In this document: positions 36,550-45,653 of the stretch, piece after piece
Numbering within the stretch: the stretch's first letter is position 1
How the letters are laid out: each line of letters begins with the position of its first letter
NCBI GenBank assembly: GCA_963700655.1
Contig: CAVOYJ010000002.1
Location: 11,212-75,211, forward strand
Source of the DNA: an uncultured Actinomycetes bacterium
GTDB taxonomy: Bacteria > Actinomycetota > Thermoleophilia > Solirubrobacterales > Solirubrobacteraceae
Reading direction: 5' to 3'
DNA length: 64,000 nt
Notes under the pieces: model-generated
Told to the model about the DNA's origin: nothing
Database searches by the model: none
Seen by the model: only the letters and a program-made list of their open reading frames with translations
Program-made: the position numbers and the translations under genes

Positions 36550-37972
36550 GCCTCACGCTGAGACGGCGCGCGCCGGTGGGCGCGCGCGGCGTCGCGCCGG
36601 CGGTCGCCGCGAGCTCCCGCAGCGCCGCTTCGATCCCGTCGCCGAGGGCGAGCACGTCGAGCGGGCCGTCTGCGTCACCGGTGACGCCGAACCCCAGCGC
36701 GCCGTCGTAGGAGTAGATCGCGACGCCCATGCGCACGTGCCCGGCGAGCGGCACGTACGGGTAGGCCTCGAGCATCCGGCGACCGGCGAGGTACAGCGGG
36801 TGCTGCGGGCCCGGGACGTTCGTGGTGACGGTGTTCACGCTGCGCTGCGGCAGCCGCGTGGCGATCCGCAGGCCCAGCCCGAGCGCCAGCTCGGGCGCGA
36901 ACACGCCCATCGACGTCAGGACCTGGCCGGCGTCCGCCTCGTGCGAGGCCTTCAGCATCCGCATGTGCGCACTCACCGCCCGCAGGCGGGCGACGGGATC
37001 CTCGATGCCCAGCGGCAGGTCGGCGAACATCGCCGAGACGCGGTTGTCCGGGACGCCCGCTGCGTCGCGGGTGCGCACGGAGACCGGCACGAGCGTGCGC
37101 ACGGTGCGGTCCACCGGCTCCCCGGCCTCGGCGAGCAGCGTGCGCAGACCGCCGGTGATCGCGGCGAGGACGACGTCGTTGACGCTGAGCGCGTCGCCGT
37201 GCGCGCGGCGGATGCGGCGAACGTCGTTCAGGTCGCCGCGGGCCCAGCCCCAGCTGCGGTGCGGGCCGAGCGGGCCGTTGAGCGCCGACGGCGCCGGGGC
37301 CCGCGCGAGCCCGCTGAACGCGGCCAGCCCGCGCGCGGTGGCCGCGGCCCGCGCGGCCAGCAGACCGGGAGCGCCGAACGCCGTCGCGACGCTGCGCAGA
37401 TCGCCCCAGGGCCGGCGGGCGCGGTCGGCGAGCGCGGCGCTCACGAGGCTCACGGCGCCGGGTTCGGGCTCAGGCGCCCACGTGACCGGCTCGGGCGCCG
37501 GCGGATCGCGCTCCTCGTCGAGCAGGACGCCCAGCAGCGACGAGCCGGAGATCCCGTCCACCATCGCGTGATGGAGCTTCGCGATCAGCGCCCAGCGGCG
37601 GCCGGACAGCCCCTCGACGACCCACAGCTCCCACAGCGGCCGCGCGCGGTCGAGCTGCTGCGACATGACGCGGCCGATGAGCGCGCGCAGCTCGGCGTGC
37701 CCGCCCGGCGCGGGCAGCGCGGTGCGGCGCACGTGGTAGCCGAGCGCGAAGTGCGGGTCGTCGTGCCAGACCGGGCGCCCGGCCTCCAGCGGCACGAAGC
37801 GCACGCGCTGGTGGTAGCGCGGCGCGCTGTGCAGCTTGGGCGCGAGCGCGGCGAGCAGCTCGTCGTGCGGCGGCGGCGGACCCTCGAACACCCCGATCAG
37901 GCCCAGATGCATGTGACTGACGTCGTCCTCGACGTGCAGGAACGAGGTGTCCAGCGGGCTCAGGCGCTCCAT
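36452..37972 (-). CDS. Wax ester synthase / diacylglycerol acyltransferase (WS/DGAT), second copy
   Basis: ATG at 37970-37972 after GGAGGAG. LDTSFLHVEDDVSHMHLGLIGVF, HHAMVDGISG, NVPGPQHPLY. Its 3' end overlaps the convergent paralog by 98 nt as given. Confidence 0.85.
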   Translation of the reverse strand: MERLSPLDTSFLHVEDDVSHMHLGLIGVFEGPPPPHDELLAALAPKLHSAPRYHQRVRFVPLEAGRPVWHDDPHFALGYHVRRTALPAPGGHAELRALIGRVMSQQLDRARPLWELWVVEGLSGRRWALIAKLHHAMVDGISGSSLLGVLLDEERDPPAPEPVTWAPEPEPGAVSLVSAALADRARRPWGDLRSVATAFGAPGLLAARAAATARGLAAFSGLARAPAPSALNGPLGPHRSWGWARGDLNDVRRIRRAHGDALSVNDVVLAAITGGLRTLLAEAGEPVDRTVRTLVPVSVRTRDAAGVPDNRVSAMFADLPLGIEDPVARLRAVSAHMRMLKASHEADAGQVLTSMGVFAPELALGLGLRIATRLPQRSVNTVTTNVPGPQHPLYLAGRRMLEAYPYVPLAGHVRMGVAIYSYDGALGFGVTGDADGPLDVLALGDGIEAALRELAATAGATPRAPTGARRLSVRLRRRSRVRAARRARPRGRRRARRGRPWRSHPR

Positions 37973-38051
37973 GGTCGTCTCCTCCGGCTCGTCTCCGAGC
38001 CTCGTCGCTCGCAGCCGTCGCGCGCATCCGTGGTTGGCCGCAGGATGGAGG

Positions 38052-38816
38052 TCAGCCGCTCTCGGGCGCACGTCCGGCGACGAACTGCGCAAGACCGCTG
38101 ACGCGCCGGCGCACCGCGGTCGCGCCGCGCTCGCTCAGTGCTGCCGTCAGCTCGTCGCGGCCGAAGATGCGCACCCCGCTCAGCGCTCGCACGACGGTCG
38201 CCGACGGCCGCACCGGCAGCGGCCCGCGGTGCACGGACGTGAGCAGCGCCAGACGCCCACCGGGAACGAGGACGCGGACGATCTCGTCGATCGCAGCGAG
38301 CGGATCCTCAATCAGGTAGAGCGCCGCGAAGCAGCAGACGGCATCGAACGAGCCCGCGCCGAACGGCAGCGCGCACGCGTCGCCGCGGACGTAGGCGACG
38401 TTGGCGGCGGGCTGCGCGGCGACCGCGCGCTCGAGCATCGTCGCGGATGCATCGAGGCCGACCGCGAGGCCGTCCGGGCCGATGGCCTCGCCGAACCCGC
38501 GGGTGAACGCCCCCGTCCCGCAGGCGACGTCGAGCACGCGCTCGCCGCCGAGCAGGCCCAGCATGTCCACCGCGATCGCGTGCTCACCGCGCATGCCGGG
38601 ACCTCCCACGCCCATCAGCGCGCGGCCGAGCACCGGACGCCAGAGCCGTTCGTAGACCAGCGGCAGCGCGCGACCGACCATCAGCCGCTGACCGGGATGG
38701 ACACCGGTCGGATCCCGGTCGCCGAGCACATCGACGTACCCGGCGGCGACGGCGGCGCGGGTGCGGGCTTCGCGGGTGCAGAGCGCGAGCGTGCGGTTGA
38801 TCGCCTCGCCGCTCAC
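38052..38816 (-). CDS. Class I SAM-dependent methyltransferase
   Basis: Motif I VLDVACGTGAF, post-I GLDAS, motif II FDAVCCFAALYLIED, motif III LVPGGRLAL. GTG at 38816 chosen as start. Confidence 0.8.
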   Translation of the reverse strand: MSGEAINRTLALCTREARTRAAVAAGYVDVLGDRDPTGVHPGQRLMVGRALPLVYERLWRPVLGRALMGVGGPGMRGEHAIAVDMLGLLGGERVLDVACGTGAFTRGFGEAIGPDGLAVGLDASATMLERAVAAQPAANVAYVRGDACALPFGAGSFDAVCCFAALYLIEDPLAAIDEIVRVLVPGGRLALLTSVHRGPLPVRPSATVVRALSGVRIFGRDELTAALSERGATAVRRRVSGLAQFVAGRAPESG

Positions 38817-39271
38817 GGCGCGCTCTCCCACGGGACGTGGCCCTCGGAGCCCGCCGCCGGAGCCGTCCGCCCACACCGCTCGCACTCCATGGTCACGGCG
38901 ATGAACGCTACGCCACCCGCGGTCACGTCCGTGACCCGGCCGGATTTCAGCCGCCTCGCCCTGCGAGTTCGCCACCCGGACCGACGATGATGAGGTTGCG
39001 CACGCCGCGCAACGCCGGCCGGGCCAAAGCGCCCAAAAAGTGCTCATCCCTGCGCGATCCTGCACGGGAAACCGCAGTTCGGGCGCGCAAAGCTGCGCAA
39101 ACCCGCATCGGTCATCCGGCCACGACGACCCGGCACCGATGGGCGGAGCGTTCCCCGGAAGGCGTCCCCCGGGGCTCGGGACCACTCCCGCGCCCCGGAC
39201 GGACACGGTGCGTGACACGACCGAGGCCGGCCACGGGAGCGATCACCACCCCATCGGAGTTCCGCTCGCGG

Positions 39272-39292
39272 GACTCCTCTCCCCAAGGAGTC
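39272..39292 (+). promoter_or_regulatory. Hairpin sequestering the Shine-Dalgarno of the first small exported-protein gene
   Basis: GACTCCT (39272-39278) pairs with AGGAGTC (39286-39292). The 3' arm contains the AAGGAG SD, 7 nt before the ATG at 39298. Confidence 0.35.
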
Positions 39293-39297
39293 TCGCA

Positions 39298-39766
39298 ATG
39301 AGCATCATCCGCAGCAAGCGCAGCGCACCGTCATCGTCGGCGTCATCGGCGCCCTCGTGCGCTCGCCGGCGCCGCGATCGCATTCTGGACCACGTCCGGC
39401 ACCGGCCGGGCACCGCCTCGGTCGGCACCGACGCGGCGTCACGTTCAGCGCCGTCACGTTCGCGGCCACCCTGTACCCGGGCGGCTCGACCGCAGTCAGC
39501 TTCACGATCACGAACGCTCCGCGAGCGCGCGCGGTCCGGTCGACAAGGTCGTCGCCGGACACGTCGACCGACGGCGGCACCGGCATCACGGGTCTGCCGG
39601 TCGGCTGCCTCGCAGCCGACTTCACGTTCCCGGACCTAACGGTCAACCAGGCGATCCCCGCGAGCGGCAGCACGACCCAGTCCGGCACGCTCCGTTCGCC
39701 AACACGGCCGTCAACCAGGACGCCTGCAAGAACGCGTCCCCGGTCCTGCACCTGAAGGCCGCCTAG
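39298..39766 (+). pseudogene. Small exported protein A (TM + 'AFWTTSGTG' N-terminus, 'NQDACKNA' C-terminus), at least 6 frame changes
   Basis: Spliced by eye across the three frames: MSIIRSKRS | RTVIVGVIGALV | ALAGAAIAFWTTSGTG | GTASVGTDA | GVTFSAVTFAATLYPGGSTAVSFTITNA ... GITGLPVGCLAADFTFPDLTVNQAIPASGSTTQSGTL | FANTAVNQDACKNASPVLHLKAA*. Confidence 0.55.
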
Positions 39767-39855
39767 CCGAGCACGCACCCGGATCCGGGACCGTGGAGGG
39801 GGCGCCCGGCGATTCGGCCGCCCCCTCCACACCCGTTCCGGGAGCACCTCCGCGA

Positions 39856-40804
39856 ATGCGCTCGCGAACCCTCATCACTGACTCGCCGGCCGCTCCGCCG
39901 CGGTCCTCGCCGTCCTGCTGCTCTGCGCTGGGCTCGCGGACGCCACGGGCGTGCGCTGGCGCCGCTGCCCGGCAGCGCTGCGGCCGCCAGCCCAGGCGCC
40001 GCGACACCGGCGCCGAGGACGGTCGGCGGCACGCCCGTCGCCGACCCGCGGGTCGCGAGCCGATCATCCGCCGCCGCTCGGCCGATCTCGGCCTCGCCCG
40101 CAACGCGGACGATCCGCCCGGGCGCGACGACGACCTTCACGATCCGCGTGCAGCCGACCCGCACCGTGCGCAGCTACCGGCTGCAAGCTCTGGCGCGCGC
40201 CGAAGGACGTGACGCTGCGCCTCAATCGCAAGCGGACGCGGCGCACGGCCACGCTGACCGTGCGCACCGCGGCCGGGCATCCGCACTCGGGCGCTACACG
40301 CTGCGCTCAGCGCCTGGCCGCGACGGCGCCGCGGCACCACGACGCCAGCCCGAAGGTGCTGCGCGCGCAGCATGACGCTCGTCGTCGCGCTCCCCGCGCC
40401 GGCGGTGCCGCAGGCCCCGACCGCGTCCTCCCGGCAAGGTCTACGCCGCCGGCGACGTCACGAGCCGCTCGCGCCCGGTGTCGCGCGACCGGTGAACCTC
40501 GTGCTCACGAACGCGCCTCAGCTCGCCGGTCGAGGTGACGGCGCTGACCGCGACCGTCACCGGCGTGACGCCGGCGCCGGGCGGTGCGTGCACGGCGGCC
40601 GACTTCACGACGATGCCCGGCGAGCCTGACCGTCCCGCTGCGCGTGGCGGCCGAGACGAGCGTGTACGCTCGCCGACGCTCGGCCTCCCGCGCAGCGCCT
40701 GGCCGGCGGTGCTGATGATCGACCGACCCGGTGAGCCAGGACGGCTGCAAGGGCGCGATCGGTGTCGCTGCGCTTCGACGTCCAGGCCGGCGGCATCCGG
40801 GTGA
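39856..40804 (+). pseudogene. Exported protein B (paralogous C-terminal domain), multiple frame changes
   Basis: Pieces in different frames: MRSRTLI, LAGRSAAVLAVLLLCAGLADA, ISASPATRTIRPGATTTFTIRVQPTRTV, WRAPKDVTLRLNRKRTRRTATLTVRTAAG, GRYTLR, RPVNLVLTN, VTALTATVTGVTPAPGGACTAADFTT, SQDGCKGA, VSLRFDVQAGG. The TGA at 40802-40804 overlaps the next GTG. Confidence 0.45.
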
Positions 40805-41304
40805 CCCGCCGCAGGCTGCCCACACGCGTCGCCGTTGCGGCCGTCGTCCTCGGCCTCGCCCTTCCGGGCGGGGTCGCTTTCGCGTTCTGGACTGCTCCGG
40901 CGCCGGCGCCGGCGGCGCGGCCACCGGCCAACGCCCTACCGCTCACCATCAGCGCGGGGACGCCGTCGGCGCGGCTGCACCCCGGCGGCCAGGGCGACGT
41001 CGCGCTCACGCTCTCAGAACCCCAACACGTTCGCCGCCCGCGTGCCCTCGCTCACTCTCGATACGACCCAGGGCAGCGGCGGATTCGCCGTCGACGCGGC
41101 GCACAGCGGCTGCGGGCTCGGCGCGCTGAGCTTCACGACGCAGACCAACGGCGGCAGCGGCTGGACCGTTCCGGCCCGGGTCGGGGCGACTAACGGCACG
41201 GCTCAGCCTGAACCTGACGTCGTGCGCCGTCGCGATGAGCCTCGTCCGCCGCGGACGCCTGTCAGGGCGCCGCGTTCACGGTCTTCGTGCAGGTCGGTCC
41301 CTGA
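40801..41304 (+). pseudogene. Small exported protein C (paralog of A), multiple frame changes
   Basis: VTRRRLPTRVAVAAVVLGLALPGGVAFAFWT | NALPLTISAGTPSARLHPGGQGDVALTLS | NPNTFAARVPSLTLDTTQGSGGFAVDAAHSGCGLGALSFTTQTNGGSGWTVPARVGATNGT | ...AADACQGAAFTVFVQVGP*. The stop overlaps the next ATG (TGATG, 41302-41306). Confidence 0.5.
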
Positions 41305-44300
41305 TGGACCGCGCTGGGGCGCGCCACTCGTCGCGGTCCTCGCGGGGCTTTTCGTGCTCGCTCTGCGCTCGCCGTGGTCGCGCACGCCGATCTGGACGCC
41401 GGGGCCGACCAGCGGCCCGGGCGGCGGCCTCGGCGGCGACCGTCGGCGCCGGCTCGACCCCGACGGCGACTCGTCTCGCCCGGCCGCGCGGTCACGGTCG
41501 CGTGGAGCGCGGCACGCTGTCGGACGGCCAGCCCGTCGACGGCTATCTGGTGCGCCGCTACGACGCGGCGACCGGCACGTCCTCGCGAGCCGTCGGCCTA
41601 GGCTGCACGGGGACGATCGCGGCCACGTCGTGCGTCGAGGCGGCGGTCCCGCCCGGCACGTGGCGGTACACCGTGACGCCGCTGATCGGGGTCAACTGGC
41701 GGGGCGACCGAGAGCCCGCGCAGCGGCATCGTGACGATCGGCGCCGCGACGCTGACCCTCGCCACGACGCAGTTCGGCGGACCCGCGGCGTTCCCGCGGA
41801 TCACCACCGGCACGCTCACCGGCTTCGCGGCGAACGAGGGCGTCACCTACCGCCTCGACGCTGCGACCCCGCTGACCGGCTCGCCCACGTCGCGTCGGCC
41901 CGGCCGGCAGCGCGACGATCACGTCGCTCTCGATTCCCGCCGTCGCCGACGGGCCGCACACCGTCTGGGCGATCGGCAACGCACGCCGTGCCCTCGCAGG
42001 CCTCGGCCGCCATCTTCGTCGACCGCACCGCCCCGACCGTCAGCGCATTCGCGTCGCCCCGCACCCAACGGCGGCGGGCTGGAACACGTCCGGCGCCGGT
42101 GACTGTGACGCTGAGCGCCAACGACGGTGCCGGCGTCGGTGGCGGGCAGATCCGCTACACGACCGACGGCAGCGACCCGACGACCTCCGGCACCGCGCTG
42201 ACGTACACCGCGCCGCTGTCGCTGAACGTGACGACGACCGTGCGCTTCGCCGCCTCCGACGCGCTCGGCAACACGAGCGCGGTCGGCTCGCAGACCGTCC
42301 GCATCGACACGATCGCCCCGCTGAGCGCGCTCTCGCTCTCCGACGTCACCGGCGGTGTCTTCCGCGCCGGCGCGACGATCTGGTACCGCGGCGCAGCCGC
42401 CGGGTCGTTCACGCTCAGAAACGCGGTCACCGACGCCGGGTCAGGGCCCGCGGTCGAGCGCGACCGCCGCGCTCACCGGCGCCGCGACCGGCTGGTCGCA
42501 CGCGCCCGGCAGCGTCTCGACGCCCGCGGGCGGGCCGTTCACCTCCGCGCCGTTCAGCTGGACCGCCGGGACGGCGAGCGCGCCGACCGCGACGGTCACC
42601 GCCACCGACCTCGCCGGCAACGCCGCGCCGACGACCCTCACGTTCGCCAACGATCCCGCCGGCCCCGCGGGCGGCTCGGTCGATGCGATCGGCCTGGGCG
42701 GCACGGGCGCGCGCCACTCCACGTCGACGACGCTCAGCATCGGGCTCGCCAAGGGCGCCGACGCGCAGTCCGGCCTGGCGCCCACCGGCGCGCGGCTGCT
42801 GCGCGCGACGCGCGACGCTCACCTCGGCCGGGACCGTGAACGGCACCTGCGGCGCGTTCGGCGCGTTCGCCCAGGTCGGCGCGAGCGACCCGGTCATCGC
42901 CGGCGGCCGACACCGTCCCCGACCGCGCCTGCTACCGCTACCAGTACGTCGCCCCCGACAACGTCGGCAACACGACGACGTACACGAGCCCCGACATCAA
43001 GGTGGACACGACGGCGCCGAGCACGCCCGCGCTGACGCTCGGCGCCCCGACCGGCGACACCGCGATCCTGGGCTCGGTCGTGTACATCAACCCGCAGGCC
43101 GGCCGCAGCGGCGGCTTCCAGCTGCAGGCGACGGCCACCGACCTGGACTCCGGCGTGCAGCGCGTGAGCTTCCCCGCACTCGCCGGCTTCACCGGCGGGG
43201 GCGGCGACGACCTCACCTCGCCCTACCTGACGAGCTACAGCTGGGGGCCGGCCGCGACCGCGTCCGGCCCGCAGACCGTCACGGCGACCAGCAACGCCGG
43301 CGTCGACGAGCGCGCCGGCGGCCTTCACCGTCGTGCCGGACACGACCGCCCCCGCGGGCGGCGCGCTCACGGTCGGCGGCGCGCCTGCGACCGAACCGCG
43401 GTGCCGTCACGACCGTCAGCTCCACGAGCTTCCCGATCAACGCCCGCACCGACTTCACCGAAGCGCCCGGGGCGACGGCCTCCGGCCTCCTCTCGAGCCT
43501 GCTGATCCGCGACCAGTCGCCGCTCGTGAACGGCGCCTGCGGCACGACCTGGACCAGCCCCGCGACGCTCGTCGGCACGCCGGCGCAGACCGCCGCCGGC
43601 GGGATCGCGAGCGGCTGGTGCTACCGCTACACGCTCAGCGGCACCGACCGCGTCGGGAACGTGCGGTCGGTCAGCACGATCGTCCAGGTGGACACGAGCG
43701 CGCCGACGCTCGGCGCGCCCGCCGTGACGCTCGCGGCGAGCGGGCCGTTCGCGTTCGCCAGCGGCACGACCGCGTACTACAACGGCGCCGGCGGTGCCGG
43801 ATCGAGCATCACCGTGAGCACCCCGAACGCCGCCGACCCGCAGTCGGGGATCGCACGCGTCACCTTCCCGGCCCTGGCCGGCTTCAGCGGCGGGGGTGCC
43901 GACCTGACGAGCCCGTTCACCGCCACCTACACGTGGAGCGCGGCGAGCGCCGCGGGCGCGCAGAGCGTCGTCGCGACCAACGGCACGGGTCTGACCGCAG
44001 CCGCCGCCTTCACGCTCGTGCGCGACGTGACCGCCCCGGCCGGCGGCGCGCTGACCGTCAACGGGACCGGCGCGAGCGGCCCCGGATCGACGTCGACCAA
44101 CACGACCGGCGCCTTCGCGATCACCGCGCGCAGCGACTACACCGAGGCGCTCGGACCGGCCGCCGCCGGCCTTGCCGCGAGCCTGCTCGTGCGCGAGCAG
44201 GCGCCGCTCGCCGGCAACGCGTGCGGCAGCTTCGGCTCCCCGGTCACGCTCGCAGGCACCCCGGCGCAGTCCGGCCTGACGACCGGCTGCTGGCGCTACA

Positions 44301-45541
44301 CGCTGACCGGCACCGACAACGTCGGCAACAGCGCGAGCATCAGCACGACCGTGAAGGTGGACACGACCGCGCCGGTCTTCGGCGCGCCGGCGCTCGTCCT
44401 CGGCGCGAGCGGGCCGTTCGCGTTCACCAGCGGCACGACCGCCTACTACAACGGCGCCGCCGGCGCCGGGTCGAGCATCACCGTGAGCGCGCCGACCGTC
44501 GGCGACCCCGACTCCGGGCTCACCCAGGTCACCTTCCCCACGCCCGCCGGCTTCACCGGCGGCGGCGCGGACGCGAGCGCTCCCTACTCGGCGACCTACA
44601 CCTGGGCGTCAGCCACCGGCGCCGGCGCGCAGACCGTGACGGCGGCGAACACGGCCGGGCTCACCGCGAGCGCGCCGTTCACGCTCGTGCGCGACGTGAC
44701 CGCCCCGACGGGCGGCGCGCTGACCGTCAACGGCCTGGCGGCCAGCGCCGCCGGCACGAGATCGTCGACGGTGCCCCCGTCATTCACGATCGGTCTGCGC
44801 ACCGACCCTGCCGAGGCGCAGACCGCGGCGGCCTCGGGCCTGGCCGCCAGCACGCTCGTCCGTGACCAGGCGCCGCTGAGCGGCGCGACCTGCGGCGCCG
44901 TCTGGACGAACGCGACGACGATCGTCGGCACGCCGGTCCAGAACGCCGCGAGCGGGATCCTCGCCGGCACCTGTTACCGCTACACGCTCACCGGCACCGA
45001 CAACGTCGGCAACGCCGTGAGCCTGCGCACGACCGTCCTCGTCTCGCGGCTCGTGGCCACGAACGTCGTGCTCGCGAACGCGACGCGGCCCGGGCGCACC
45101 GGCACGGACGACACGGTCACGATCACCTACAGCGACGTCGTCGACGCCACCACGCTCTGCTCGACCTGGACGAACGGCTCGACGCAGCGCCTGACCGCGG
45201 ACAACCAGGTCGTCATCACGATCGCCGAGGCGGGCGCCAGCGACACGATCAGCGTCGCGACGGCGTTCGGCTGCACGATCCGCCTCGGGACGATCGACGC
45301 GAACGCCGACTACGTCTCGTCGACCGCGACCTACTTCGGTGCGGGCAGGCGGGCCTCGGAGTTCATCTGGGACCCCGCCGCCCGGACCGTGACGCTCGTG
45401 CTCGGCTCCCGGCGCAGCGGCGGGCGCAGGAACGGCGTCGCGCCCGCCGTCCCCGAGTACCTGCCCGACCCCGCGATCGCCGACCTGTTCGGGAGCACGA
45501 TCGCGCCGGGCCCGTTCACCGGCACGCTGTCGGGCTTCTAG
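41304..45541 (+). pseudogene. Giant (~1,400 aa) repeat surface protein; ~13 frame changes in 41304-43400, intact from ~43400 to 45541
   Basis: N-terminal TM PLVAVLAGLFVLAL and IWT motif. An Fn3-like segment (TLSDGQPVDGYLVRRYD...TWRYTVTPL). A chitobiase/Fn3-associated-like segment (QIRYTTDGSDPTTSGTALTYTAPLSLNVTTTVRFAASDALGN). Then three ~223-aa modules (VDTxAPxxGAPxxxLxASGPFAFxSGTTAYYNG...FTLVRDVTAPxGGALTVNG...CYRYTLTGTDNVGN). The last 2.1 kb is the tail of ORF 42683..45541. Confidence 0.6.
43002..45030 (+). repeat. Three tandem coding modules of ~670-690 bp (~223 aa)
   Basis: The anchor gtggacacg(a/g)(c/g)cgcgccg recurs at 43002, 43688 and 44357. The 669-bp spacing of the last two is in frame. 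The 686-bp spacing of the first two reflects the indels. Confidence 0.7.
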
Positions 45542-45653
45542 GCTGCCGTCGGCCGACGTTCACCCGCGACGATGATCGTGTGCGCGACGGGCGTGCTCGC
45601 CATCCGTAGGAGGTACGGCGGCCCGGCCGCCACCGCGGGGGTATCGTCGGCGT

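Noticed and set aside
39061-39125. Superficial resemblance to a c-di-GMP-I (GEMM-I) riboswitch (GCACGGGAAACC...GGGCGCGCAAAGC...CCGGCC) upstream of the surface-protein operon.
   Set aside because: I could not fold it into the two-hairpin GEMM-I architecture (no P1 GNRA hairpin and no tetraloop-receptor pairing). The match is limited to short GC-rich words. It needs an Infernal scan before any claim.
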